Below are positions 1 to 11,581 of a stretch of DNA of 64,000 nucleotides, piece by piece. Made by a program: the position numbers and the translations under genes. A model generated the notes under the pieces. The model did no database searches. It was not told the DNA's origin and worked only from the letters and a program-made list of their open reading frames with translations. Position 1 is the first letter of the stretch, and every line of letters starts with the position of its first letter. The DNA comes from Octopus sinensis (taxonomy: Eukaryota): assembly GCF_006345805.1 (NCBI RefSeq), contig NC_043000.1:47120001-47184000 (forward strand), in the 5' to 3' direction.

Positions 1-3000
1 TTATACAACTTGTCGGCAGTTTTGATATTGTAATGCCGACTTATTAGCCAGTGGAGATATTGACCAACTCTGTCATGTCTTAATTTATACTCCACTGGTG
101 CTAAGACTTTACATCCAGAGATTAGGTGGTCCACTGTTTCAATCATGTCGTTGCAGAATCGGCATTTTGGGTCTGCTCCATTTTTCATCACATTGGCCTG
201 GTAGTTCCGGGTTAATAGGCTTTGATCTTGAGCAGCCAGGATGAAACCTTCGCTCTCTGCTTTTAGCCCTGAGCTCCGTAGCCACTGATGGGTTTGCTTC
301 TGGTCAACATCAGCTTGTTTGCTGCGAGTCACTTATTTGCCGTGCAGAGGTTTCTCCTCCCACCTATCAGCCAATTGCTCGTGCGCTTTTTTCATTGCCA
401 TCATTTTCACCTTCTTTGCAACAATAGTTGCCGTACTTCCCTCGGGTTGTTCAGTTTGGGTATCCTGCACGAGATCAATAGCAAATTTTTTGCTTTCCTT
501 TATGATAGAATGAAGCTTCTTTCGTCTCTCGTGATTTTCCACGAGCTTTAGCATCCAGTCATTCGATATTTCGAGATATTTGGCCAGTCCAATTGTGGTT
601 GTTTTGTAAGCTAGTTCAAATTGGATCAGGCCTCGACCTCCTTGGGCTCTGGGAAGGTAAAGGCGATCTACGTCTGCCTTTGGGTGGTGCATCCTATTAC
701 AACTCAGCAGCTTGCGTATTTTTCTATCTATATTCTTTACTTCACTCATATTCCAGTTCAACACATTGTAGCTATAAGTAACAACTGGAACTGCTAAGGA
801 ATTTATAGCTAACACCTTGTTACGTGCATTTAGTTCAGATTTCAGGACTGCACGAACTCTCCTATAACATTCCTTCCTGATTTTCTCTTTCATGCTTGCA
901 TGCTGAATACCAGAGCCTTCATTTATCCCTAAATATTTGTATGTTTGTTCTTGCTCAAGCTCTCTTATGACTGTGTCAACATCTAACACGACTGAATTTG
1001 TGATCTTCACTTTCCCTTTCTGGAAAGTGGCCTTGGCACACTTCTCAAGTCCAAACTCCATCCCGGTGTCATCGCTGAATGCTTTCACGGTGCGCAATAG
1101 GCCTTCAAGTTCATTATTGTCTTTACCATAAAGTTTTAAGTCATCCATATAAAATAGGTGGCTTATTTTTTTATTGGCAATTTTATACCCATACCCTGTT
1201 CTCTTTAATTCACTTGTAAGGGGTATTAGGGCTATGCAGAATATTAAAGGTGAAAGTGAGTCACCTTGAAAAATTCCACAATTGATGTTTATATTTTCTG
1301 AGGCAAGTACTCCATTAGAGTGGTATAACTGGAGATTCGTATTCCACAACGACATATTGTGCTTCAGGAAGTTTGAAATCACAGGGGAAATTTTGAAGAT
1401 GTCCAGCGATCTCAAGATCCATGGATGCGGTATACTGTCGAAGGCCTTTTTGTAGTCAATCCATGCGGTGCTGAGATTTCTGCGCTTGTTGTGACAGTTC
1501 TCAAGGATCATACGATTGATTAGCAGTTGATCTTTGCATCCGTAAGAGCCTCGGCGGCACCCTTTTTGTTCAATGGGGAAAATATCGTTCTTCTCCATGA
1601 ATGCATATGTTTTCTCCGCCAGGATAGATGTTAGGATTTTATATGTGGTGGATAGACAGGTTATAGGCCGATAGTTTTTTGGAAGGTTGGTTTCGTTATT
1701 CTTTGGGAGTAGGTAAGTAATGCCACTTGCTAACCATTCAGGTGTTTTCTTTGGGTCTCTCATAATTCCATTGAGCAGCTGAACTAGCTTACCGTGTGCG
1801 CATGGGAGCGATGCGAGCCAGAAATTCGGCACCCTATCTTTACCGGGGGATTTCCAATTATGGGCCTTCGTGAGTGCCTTTCTTAGGTCTGCTATTGTGA
1901 TGTCTTCCCATGCTTGTGTGTTGTAAATTTTGGTAGGATCCTTCAGTTTGTATAATCCAGTCTGCATTTATGTTGTACGTCTTCTTGTCACTCCAAATCC
2001 TTTTCCAAAAGTTTTGAACTTCTTCCATGGGAGGGGGGTCTTTAACGGTTACTTTCTCCTTCCCTATTTCTCTGTAGAAGTTTTTGGCATTGGATGTGAA
2101 CAGCTTATTTTGCTTATAAAACTTGTTTCTCTTCTCAAATCTTCGTATTCTTTGGGCTTTTGCTTGGACTTTTTGTTTCAGCGTTTCTTTTATTGATATC
2201 AGTTCTTCTCTTGGTGAGGATCCAAATTTTCTCTTCATCTTTCTTCCTGTTCTGGATCTTACATCATTTCCACATATTAGTTCATTTAATATTGATATTT
2301 CCCCTCTCATAAATTCAATCTCTTTTTCAATTTTACTTCTCCAGGTTTGATTTCTTCCCAGGTTTTGTTTTCTTTGTTTTTTCGGGGGCATACAGCTGGT
2401 TTCAATTGCCCTAGCAGAAGCGTAAATAATTTCATTTAGCTCAGTAAAATCAGGTTTTAATTCTCGTATTATTTCATTTGTTACATAGTTGCCAATTTGG
2501 ATTTGTTTTTTATTTTGGTTTGTATTTGAGAGTTTATGAAGTGGTTCTCTATCATTCATACTTGTATGTCTTACAACTTCAAGCGTATTCAGTATTTTCT
2601 GCCTCATTTCTGCCATAGACTCTCTGTGTTCTTCAGCAAATGCGAGATCTTCAGTTACTGTTGTTTTTTCGTTTTCCTGGCTATCTTTAACAGGTACAAT
2701 AGAATTTCTTGTATCTTCGGGCCTTTGCGTACTTTGGTCAGATGGCAGTCTTTCAATTAAGCCTCGTGGCGGGCTATACTGTTCATCTGATTCTTCATTT
2801 CCTTTGTATCTTATATTTATGTCATTTTCCGTTGCGTGCTTGATCGCGCTTATTTCACTGTCTGTGAGTCTGTTATTTCTAAGGATATCCCTCCTCACAT
2901 TTGCTAATTTGTTCTCGTCCAAATAGGGCCTACTGTCTTGATTCCGTGTTCTCCATATACTGTAAGAGTTTGCGGTGTGTCTCTCTTGAGATGGCCTACC

Positions 3001-3232
3001 TAATGCATAGTAATAAGCGTACATTACTTCTTTATACTCTTCTCGGGTCCATTTGTTCCGCTTACATTTTTCTTTCTGGTGGTTGTGGTGGTGAACTTGG
3101 AGGGCTCGAGTTGGGGGATTTCCCGTTCAAGTGACCATCCATGTCCGTATTCGGAGAAGAGTTTGTGCCAGTTGATGACTTTTCGATCCCAGGCTGGCTC
3201 TTCCCTGGGGGACGCGCTTCCAGATTAACCAT
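1..3232 (-). pseudogene. Single long retrotransposon ORF disabled by three lesions
   Basis: ATG at 3232 (MVNLEARPP). +1 frameshift in the A5 run at 3067-3071, resuming KCKRNKWTREEYKEVMYAYY. Frameshift near 1917-1921 joining ORFs 1858..3024 and 333..1967. Premature TAA at 333-335. The frame stays open to the window edge. Confidence 0.85.
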
Positions 3233-3272
3233 AGGACAAGCGATTTGGTATACTGATTTAGTTTTCCTTTTA

Positions 3273-3273
<1 letters not shown>
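1..3273 (-). mobile_element. R4/Dong-clade non-LTR retrotransposon (RT + CCHC; restriction-like endonuclease expected beyond the left window edge)
   Basis: Minus-strand RT motifs KSPGKD, NYRPITCLSTTYK, EQKGCRRGSYGCKDQL, WIDYKKAFDS, GIFQGDSLSP, FYMDDLKLY, YKYLG. Reading through the stop at 333-335 gives CRFC...HLISGC (CCHC knuckle, ~111-164) and RHD. The 5' end abuts a (TAA)n tract at 3274. Confidence 0.9.
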
Positions 3274-3360
<87 letters not shown>

Positions 3361-3439
3361 TTATCATTATTATCATTATTATCATTATTATAATTATATT
3401 ATTATTATTATAATTATTATTATTATTATTAATATCATT

Positions 3440-3473
<34 letters not shown>

Positions 3474-3510
3474 ACATCATCTTCATCATGATCCTCATCA
3501 TCATCATCAT
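3274..3510. repeat. Compound microsatellite (TTA)n grading into (TCA)n
   Basis: Directly visible tandem trinucleotides. Confidence 0.97.
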
Positions 3511-3619
3511 CTTGTTTAACACAGCAACTGAAAATCTATTACAAGAACATTTCAGCTGTCCACTAATTGTTGGCAAAAATTCTTCCTTTAGATTTCGGAA
3601 ACTCATCTGAGGATTCTTG

Positions 3620-4110
3620 CTGAGAATTCCCTTTCTGTTGCACTATCAATTCTACATTTGGTGTAATTTTCCATGGGTACTTGTTCCTGTGCTTCATAGA
3701 TAAACACTTCTGTGTCTGGCTTGAAGTCACTCTTCTGTAGCTCCTGTAATCTTCCAACGGTGTCTCGGCGTCTGCATTCCTGCTCATTTCTTTTGCAAAC
3801 TGCCCGATCATATTTTTCCCATTCCCTTTTCTTTCGTCTTCCTTAGTCTTTCGTCTGTTCTTTGTACTCCTATGTATCCACACAAGTATCGGCCCTGACT
3901 TTAGCAGGTATTCTCACTTGAATGAGCAAGGGTTTTGTGATACTCTTGATATACCACTCAAAGGTATTTTCTTCTAAGCATATACAACTTTTATAGCTGA
4001 TTAATCCTCGTACACCTTTGTGCTTGGTTAGATAAAGCTTGTCAATGTCACACTCACTGTGAAATGATCCACACATTACGAGTAGTTTTCTCAATTTTCC
4101 CCATCTTGTT
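3620..4110 (-). mobile_element. Older degraded R4/Dong-family fragment (post-RT region)
   Basis: RKLLVMCGSFHSECDIDKLYLTKHKGVRGLIS aligns with RKLLSCNRMHHPKADVDRLYLPRAQGGRGLIQ of the young copy. Downstream frame QKSDFKPDTEVFIYEAQEQ...NYTKCRID aligns with SSGLKAESEGFILAAQDQSLLTRNY. Confidence 0.8.
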
Positions 4111-5539
4111 GTTGTTGCTGTTCGCCGTCGTCTTGTCGAGACGTTTTTCTTCGTAGCACATGATAGCTACGAGAATCTATATATTCCAACGGTTACCAAA
4201 GAAAATGAAAAACATTTTTCTTTCAATTGGGTTAATACAAAACACGACATTTTGAAGAAGTTCTGATTTCATTTTCTCCAAAAAAGAGAAAAGAAAAACA
4301 AAAAACAAAAACAAAACAAGAAAGGGGATTGTTTTTAATACTTTGCTTTTCTCCTCAGAGATTTGCAAATAATGGCATCTGCAAGAACAACATCAACAAA
4401 AATATACGCCCACAACATGGAAAAAATACTGAAAAGCAGACACTTGTAACAAAATAATTGAAAATATTGCTTCTTTGTCACAAGATACACATGGAAAAAA
4501 TATTGACACAATGAAAGAAAAAACAAAGTGACAGTACACATATACAGAAATATCAGAGTGAAAACCTGATAATATAGAGGTGAGAAATATAGTTGTGCGG
4601 ATGTTCTCCAGTATGGAAACAAAGCATTTTAACATAGTTTTTTTTTTCTTCTCCTCTTTTGGTTTTCTTTTGTGTATATTCACTCGAAGTGCTTACGAGA
4701 CATAGAGACAATAACCCTTTAAAGATAATTTTGAAACGGAATACAACTACACAGAAAACAGAAAAGAAAACGTACAAAAATATTTTACAGCCAGATTTTG
4801 AAAAAGTAAAATTAATGATTTACCTGGGATAGAGAGTCATCAGTATAAGATCAGTGAGAATAACACCAAAACTAGACTGCTGTAGGTGGTGATGTGTTGT
4901 GTTGGGGGGCTTGCAAAATGGAAACGGTCTCTCAAATGTTTGCAGAAAGCTAGAGGCAATTTTTAAAGAAAGAACTAAAGAATGCAAATATGCATCTCTC
5001 TAAGAAGGGTAGAGAAATATGCATTAACACACCACAACAAACTCAAGAGGTAACCTAACCAAATATAATAAGATACAAATGTATTGCACTCAAAACGAGG
5101 TGACTTGAGCAGGTGAGATATACCAGATTAAAAAGTGCCTTAAACCATTCAAGGGCATAAATAAACCCATACTGCTCGAGGAAGACATTTTAGCACAGTT
5201 GAATTGAAGTTCCAAACTGCTGAAGATATGAAAGAAAATTCGACAACACTAAAGAATAATAAACTGCTGCCAATTCCATAATACCCCGTCGGAGAATGGT
5301 ATAAATAAAAGTTGAGTTACCAAAGAAAGTAGTTATCCCCTTGCTTCTGGTAGCTGTAATATATGGCATAGAAAATAATACAAGTATTCCGAAACTTGAC
5401 GGAATAGGAAAGAAAAATTGGTTAGGCATAGGGATCTAGTGGGATGAATTATTAATCCAAATAGTTTAAGAAGCATGGAGGCTATCCTTGACTTGATCAA
5501 TATTCCAAATAGTTGGATTTAGTAAGACCGCAGCAAAAA

Positions 5540-7935
5540 AAAAAGCTAAAATAAAGGGAAACTTAGAAATCGTAAAATGCTTAGGAGAAGCATTGAAACC
5601 TACGTGCTTGCGGTGAGATAGGCTTTCGACTCATCTTTCAACGCAAATCACGAAGATTGCATTGTCAGAGCTGCGATGTATGCTCTATGGCAGGAAGGTT
5701 TGAAAGCCATGTGATGGACCCGAGATGCAGACGTTCAAGGCAGTAACAAAGCAACAGCTCAGTCTTTGGCGGATCATAATGGGTGCAGATTACTCGACTC
5801 AAAGCAGGTGAGAGTGGTGTAGAACCGAAATTTGCTCGACTGTTCGGAACGAGTGTTGGGTCAAAATGCAGGCTGGATTTCAGAGACTACCTTCCCAGCC
5901 TATCGCGACTGTTGCCAAGAGAGGCGCGGTGTCGCGAGAAGCTGATAAAAGCTGCAGGAAAACGAAAAAAATTAATTGGCTGTACGGGGTACAATTCATC
6001 TGTTTTGGATCTACTCTGGGTGCTTTACTTTTATGTCTGAATTGTCTGGAGATATCTTGGAAGCTATCTACCACACCTGTTAGCATAGCGAAAGAAATTA
6101 ATGTTCTGTTAGTCGATAAGCGGTAGCACTAATCTCATTAATAATCTTCAGTCCATAACTCTGTTCAATGAAGATTTCAAAATTTTAGTCCAAGTGTTGG
6201 TAAAGAGGTTAGCAGTTGTTTCGTTGATAGTCTAACTGGTAATGTTCAAACATGCACTATTTCGAACAGATTTATCCACAACAATCCACTTTTCATGCAA
6301 TACAAGATAGAGAGGGTGAGTAAAGAAACCGACATGGCTGAGGTCCTGGTCAGTCAAAGGTTTCGATAGGATCGGACGCTGATACTTGGCAGCTGTCCTC
6401 ACGGCATTCAATTTCGTTCCCCTCTTCCGTAAAGTATAGTCGTGCTTAAGCTTTGTGGTTAAGCTGAATGGAAACCTAACAGCGCTATTCAGTATCATGC
6501 ACGCTCTTGGTCAGCATTTTATCCTCTCTTCCTTTCTGTATGTACGGACTCTAAATCCACTAGTGGAGACGTTGAGGGGCTTACCACATGAAATGGAATA
6601 CTTATTATCCGTGTCGGCATACTAGAAAGATGTCACTGTCAATGTGTCGGGACATGGCATATCGTAGTGATTGACACTGCTCTGAGGGACTACAAGGCAA
6701 TGTTGAGCAAAAACCAACCAAGAAAAGTAATGGGACCTGCAGCGCAATACCCGGGGATGCAGATCCATGTCGTCCAATAACAACAAGAAGTGCTGGAGAG
6801 ATCGGTTAAATTTCTCAGGTTCTGGTTTCATCTAGACCTGTAAGCGGAGAGAAATAGGACGTGGTAACGAGCATATTGGCCAATCCTACACAGAAATTGG
6901 TTGGGAGAAAGCTATGCGCTATGCCTGAAACCCTGGGCAGAAGTGGCGAATGCTTACATCGCCTCCGACGTATATTAACACCTAGCTGTTGTGCTTTGCT
7001 CTACTTCATGGTTGAGAGAAGGCTAGAACGATATCTTCAACTTTCTGTGGAGGAGACGTGCTCTGCTTGTCAAACGATCTATTTGCTATGTGGAGGATTT
7101 GATATGCCACGGTTTATGATGACCGAACATGTGCTTAATCTATGGGTATTTTCAGCGTTTCCTACACGATGACTGAGTGTGGCCGCCATTGCTTAAATGC
7201 GCTTTCTGCAATTCGTCTCTTAAACAAAGTTTCAATCCTGGATCATATATAAGTCAAAGCGGAGGTCTTGGCACCCAGATTGCAATCAAGCATTCACATT
7301 CTTCTATTAGTAGGGCAATATGGTGGATGGCGTTCGCTGGACAATTAGTGGCAGGTAAAAGCAACGACATCCTCAGTGAAACTGTTCGCAGATGAAAGAA
7401 ACAGATGGCTGGTTATTTTCTGCGCTTTTCTGCCGGGACTCATAAGTAATTTTCAGAGATTTCCGGTCTGGTAGTGCTACCGGAAGAGGGATTGAGTCAT
7501 TGCTTGTTTGGGATAAGCTCTACTAGCAAGAACGTATTGTCAACTGGTCATACCATCATGAAAATCGACCTACTACCTTCCTTTGGCTGAGCAGGCAGGT
7601 AGTTTTTCGCTGACTGGTCTCTATTGATAAAATAGGTTGTGTGGTGAACGAGAATGAGACGACTGAAGAGACTCACTTTGATCTTTGGCCTTGCTCTCAT
7701 TGACTTTTTATATACCATTTGAAAAGGTGACGGTTAGAATAAGTAGTAAATTTGTTGAAAGGTGGGTGAATATGGTGAGAGTCGCCCGAGTGAGTGGGGC
7801 TAATTTAAGCTGGTACCTGTAGGATGGATAGAAGAGATATGAGAGAAACCCCTTCCACTAGTGCTCTTGGCGTTCGGTCCGACCCAAGAGATGTGAGTCC
7901 TTTACTTAACCGTAAGTGGCATTATACCCCATAAA
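5540..7935 (+). mobile_element. Degraded Tx1/L1-clade LINE (RT region and 3' part)
   Basis: Broken-frame motifs ITLFNEDFKILVQVLVKRL (~6155-6210), QTCTISNRFIHNN, QSKGFDRI..YLAAVL (~6350-6400) and SAY*KDVTV (YADD equivalent, ~6615-6640). Many stops and frameshifts. Confidence 0.78.
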
Positions 7936-8217
7936 GTGGGTAAATTTATTATAATTTTCTTGTTTTATTGTTATTGGTTTTATTTTTACCCATGTATAAG
8001 TAAATTTTCATTGTCCTTTGCTTTTCAATTGTCCTAAATGTGTTTTTGTGGCCCTTTGTAACCAATAAAATGTTATTGTTGTTGTTGTAGTTGTTATTTC
8101 TGCTGCGGCTGCTGTTATTGCGACTCTTGCTGTAATTCAATTTCCCTACCACTGAAATTGCTGGTATTATGCCAAAATTTGACCCATTATTATTAATATT
8201 ATTATTGCTGTTACGCA

Positions 8218-8290
8218 CTGGAGTCGATGTAATCGATTATCCCCTCCCTCAGATTTTCAGGCCTTGTTGCCTACAATGGAGAGGATTATT
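8218..8290 (+). mobile_element. SINE family A, 3' tail fragment
   Basis: actggagtcgatgtaatcga...tttcaggccttg...gaggattattatt matches the tail of the copy at 8309. Confidence 0.7.
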
Positions 8291-8308
8291 ATTGTTGTTG
8301 TTGTTGTA

Positions 8309-8517
8309 GGGCGGCGAGCTGGCAGAATCGTTAGCACGCCGGGTGAAATGCTTAGTGGTATTTCGCCAGTCACTACGTTCTGAGTTCAAATTCCCGCCGT
8401 AGTCTAGTTTACCTTTCATCTTTTCGGGGTCGATAAATTAAGTAACAGTGAAACACTGTGGTCGATGTAATTGAATTATCCCACCAAATTTCAGGCTTTG
8501 TACCTTTAGTAGAAAGG
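8309..8517 (+). mobile_element. tRNA-derived SINE family A, tail type A1
   Basis: Head ggcggcgagctggcagaatcg (A-box-like), gagttcaaattcc (B-box-like). More than 10 related copies in the window. Confidence 0.88.
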
Positions 8518-8573
8518 CTCTTCTTCTTTTTCTTCTTCTTCTTCTTCTTCTTCTTCTTCTTCTTCTTCTTCTT

Positions 8574-8604
<31 letters not shown>

Positions 8605-8640
8605 TTCTTCTTCTTCTTATTATTATTATTATTATTATTG
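8518..8640. repeat. Compound microsatellite (CTT)n-(TTA)n
   Basis: Directly visible, between two SINE A copies. Confidence 0.97.
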
Positions 8641-8645
8641 ATCGA

Positions 8646-8862
8646 TGAGATGGCGGAATCGTTTACACGCCGGACAAAATTGTTTAGCTGGGATTCTCCA
8701 GACTTTTCATTTTGACTTTAAATGCCGACGAGGTGGACTTTGACTTTCATCCTTTTAGGATCGATAAAATAAGTACCAATCGGGTACTGGGGTTGATGTA
8801 ATTGACTATCCATTCCTACTACCAAAAAAAACCCTGTTGGTCCTGTGGCAAAATTTGAAACT
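8646..8862 (+). mobile_element. SINE family A (diverged)
   Basis: tggcggaatcgtt...gccgacgaggtggactttgactttcatcc...aaaatttgaaa, followed by (GCC)(ACC)(ACT)n to ~8945. Confidence 0.8.
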
Positions 8863-8887
8863 ACCACTATCAACGACCCCGCCGCCG

Positions 8888-8941
<54 letters not shown>

Positions 8942-9688
8942 TAGCAGACGGAAATCATCATAAAATAACCATTGCAAAAGGTAAAAGCAAAAAATGAATA
9001 TAAAAGCAAAGAAAAATCATTAGTTATTTTTGATTTTTTCAGATGAGATTTTCGGGAGATTTCTTTCTATTTTCGGATAAATTATGGAGATAGAAATCTC
9101 TTCAAAGAAAACAAAAGAACACTGGAATGTACATTTGAATTGTTCAACTAAATAAAATAAAAAGCAACTGGAGATGGAATCGGACCTTGTGCAAGATTAA
9201 AAAAAGAAAAGAATGTAAATATTACTTCTGCAACGAAAATGTAGATAACTGTAATAGACTCACCCGATGTGACTATGTATAACACTGTCAGTCTTTTTCC
9301 CTCGTTCTCAATCTCTTTCTCTCTCTTTCTCTCCCTCTCTCTCTCTCTCTCTCACTATATATATTATCTCTCTTTCTCTCTCTCTGTCTCTCGCTCTCTC
9401 TCTCTACACACACACACATATATATATCTATACATATATATATAAATATATACATTATATATATATATTCTGTCACTTGTTTCAGTCATTTGACTGCGGT
9501 CATGCTGGAGCACCGCCTTTAGTCGAACAAATCGACCCCAGGACGTATTCTTTGTAAGCCTAATACTTATTCTATCAGTCACTTTTGCCGAACCGCTAAG
9601 TTACGGGGACGTAAACACACCAGTATCGGTTGCCAAGCGATGGTGGGGGACAAACACAGAAACACAAACACATACACACACATATATA

Positions 9689-11275
9689 CAGTGGGGGGAA
9701 ATAAATATTCGTACATGTCAAAATTATTTATTTATTTAATTTCTAATGAACATAAATGGTATTTACCAATACTATATTTGCATACATATGCATAAACTAA
9801 GAATATGCAGAAGAAACTAATAAATTATAGTAACTAAGGAATTTATATTCAATTATAAATATCTAGGGGTGAAAAATGTATTCGTACAGAACATAAATAA
9901 CTGATAATTCTGATTTAATACTTCGTAGTATAACCATTATTCAGTTCCACTTCAACCAATCTCTTCTAGTAGTTCTTAATCAATGACTCGCATGTTTCTT
10001 TAGGATTTTTTTCCCATTCTTTTTGACAAATTTTCTTCAAATCTGGAATGCACGTTGGGGCTCTTGAATGGATTTTAATTTTCAAATAACACCACAAACT
10101 TTCAATAGGGTTCAAGTCATGTGACTGGTTTGGCCATTCTAATAATTTTATATTGTGATCGATAATCCATTCTTTGGTAGACTTCGCCGTGTGCTTAGGA
10201 CCGTTATCCTGTTGTAAAACCCACCATTCACTAAGCTGGAGCTTTTCTACAGAGTCCCATTTATCATTGTTCAAAATATTTTTTGTACATCTCTGCATTC
10301 ATTCTACCATCTATCACATGTAAATTGCCAGTACCATTTGCAGAGAAACACCCCCACACCATGATGTTGCCACTTCCAAACTTTTCGGTAGGAATTGTGT
10401 TTTTCGGCTAATAGGCGGTACCATCTTTCCTCCGAACATGGCTACGCGAATTTCGTCCAAACAATTCAATTTTCGACTTGTCTGTCCATAGAACATTTTC
10501 CCAGAATGTATCAGATTTATCTTTATGTTCTTAAACAAAGTTCAAACGGGCATCTCTATGCCTTTTAGTCAACAGCGGAGTTTTTCTAGGAGAGCGTGAT
10601 TTCAGTTAATTCCTATGAAGTTCATTACTGCTTGTTCGTAACAAATCTTCTTGCAACTCCTTTCTGGTAATCATTGCGTTTTTTTTGCTTCTTCGCTTCA
10701 TTTTTATTAAAGATCTAGGGGAAATCTTCTGTGGCGCACATGATCGTATTCTGTTTTTAACAGTTCCCGATTTTTTTATATCTTCGAATAAATGAAGATA
10801 TGGTAGAAAATGGAATACAAAGGGTCTCTGATATTTTCCTGTAACTTTTACATGCTTTCCACTGTTCAATAAATAAGTTTTTCACTGAATTTGTGAGTTC
10901 TTTACTTTTCGCCATTATTACGATACTACTTTATGTTGTCTCAATGCTGAATGAAGAAGCTAGTGTTTTGACACTTAAAAATACAACTGATAAGTTTATT
11001 GGAACAAACGAGAAAGTTCTAGTAAAAAAAATATTTTAACAGTATTTTGTGGCATAGAAAATCATAAATTTATTCTTTACGAATACTTTTTTCACCCAAA
11101 AATATTTATAATTGTATATAAATTTATTAGTTACTTTAATTTATTAGTTTCTTTTGAATATTCTTAGTTTATGCATGTGTATGCATATATAGTATTGGTA
11201 TATCCCATTTATGTTCATTAGAAATTAAATAAATAAATAATTTTGACATGTACGAATAGTTATTTCCGTCCACTG
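9689..11275 (-). mobile_element. Full-length Tc1 transposon, IR/DR type, ~200-bp TIRs, TA target duplication
   Basis: TA-CAGTG...CACTG-TA ends. Long imperfect TIRs (~9689-9890 and ~11075-11275), each with outer and inner tattcgta direct repeats. Confidence 0.93.
9915..10915 (-). pseudogene. Tc1 DD34E transposase pseudogene
   Basis: Starts MAKSKELTNSVKNL at 10915. Catalytic region QQDNGPKHTAKSTKEW...WPNQSHDLNPIESLW. Ends NY*KRLVEVELNNGYTTKY*. Several frameshifts and stops. Confidence 0.9.
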
Positions 11276-11545
11276 TATATATGCACATATACGAAGAACT
11301 TCTTTCAGTTTCCGTCTACCAAATACACTCACAACGCTTTGATAAGCTTGAGGCTATAGTACAAGATACTTGCCCAAGGGGCCACGCATTTGAACTGAAC
11401 CCCGAACCATGTGGTTGGTAAACAAGGTACTTACCACACAGCCACTCCTGCACCTATATATATATATATCGATATTCATGCATCTGTGAACATCTCCATA
11501 TCTATAAACATACATACACACAAATATATGCATATACATACATAC

Positions 11546-11580
<35 letters not shown>

Positions 11581-11581
<1 letters not shown>

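Larger units (their letters stand above)
9470..11455 (-). mobile_element. tRNA-derived SINE family B (CORE-like ccttgggcaagt block), split by a Tc1 insertion
   Basis: Tail half 9470-9688 and head half 11276-11455 together match the intact copies at 19111-19527 and 38234-38635. Confidence 0.88.

Noticed and set aside
8518-8945. Regularly alternating repeat and unique blocks as a CRISPR-like array
   Set aside because: The blocks are SINE copies and microsatellites in eukaryotic DNA, with no constant repeat-spacer period.
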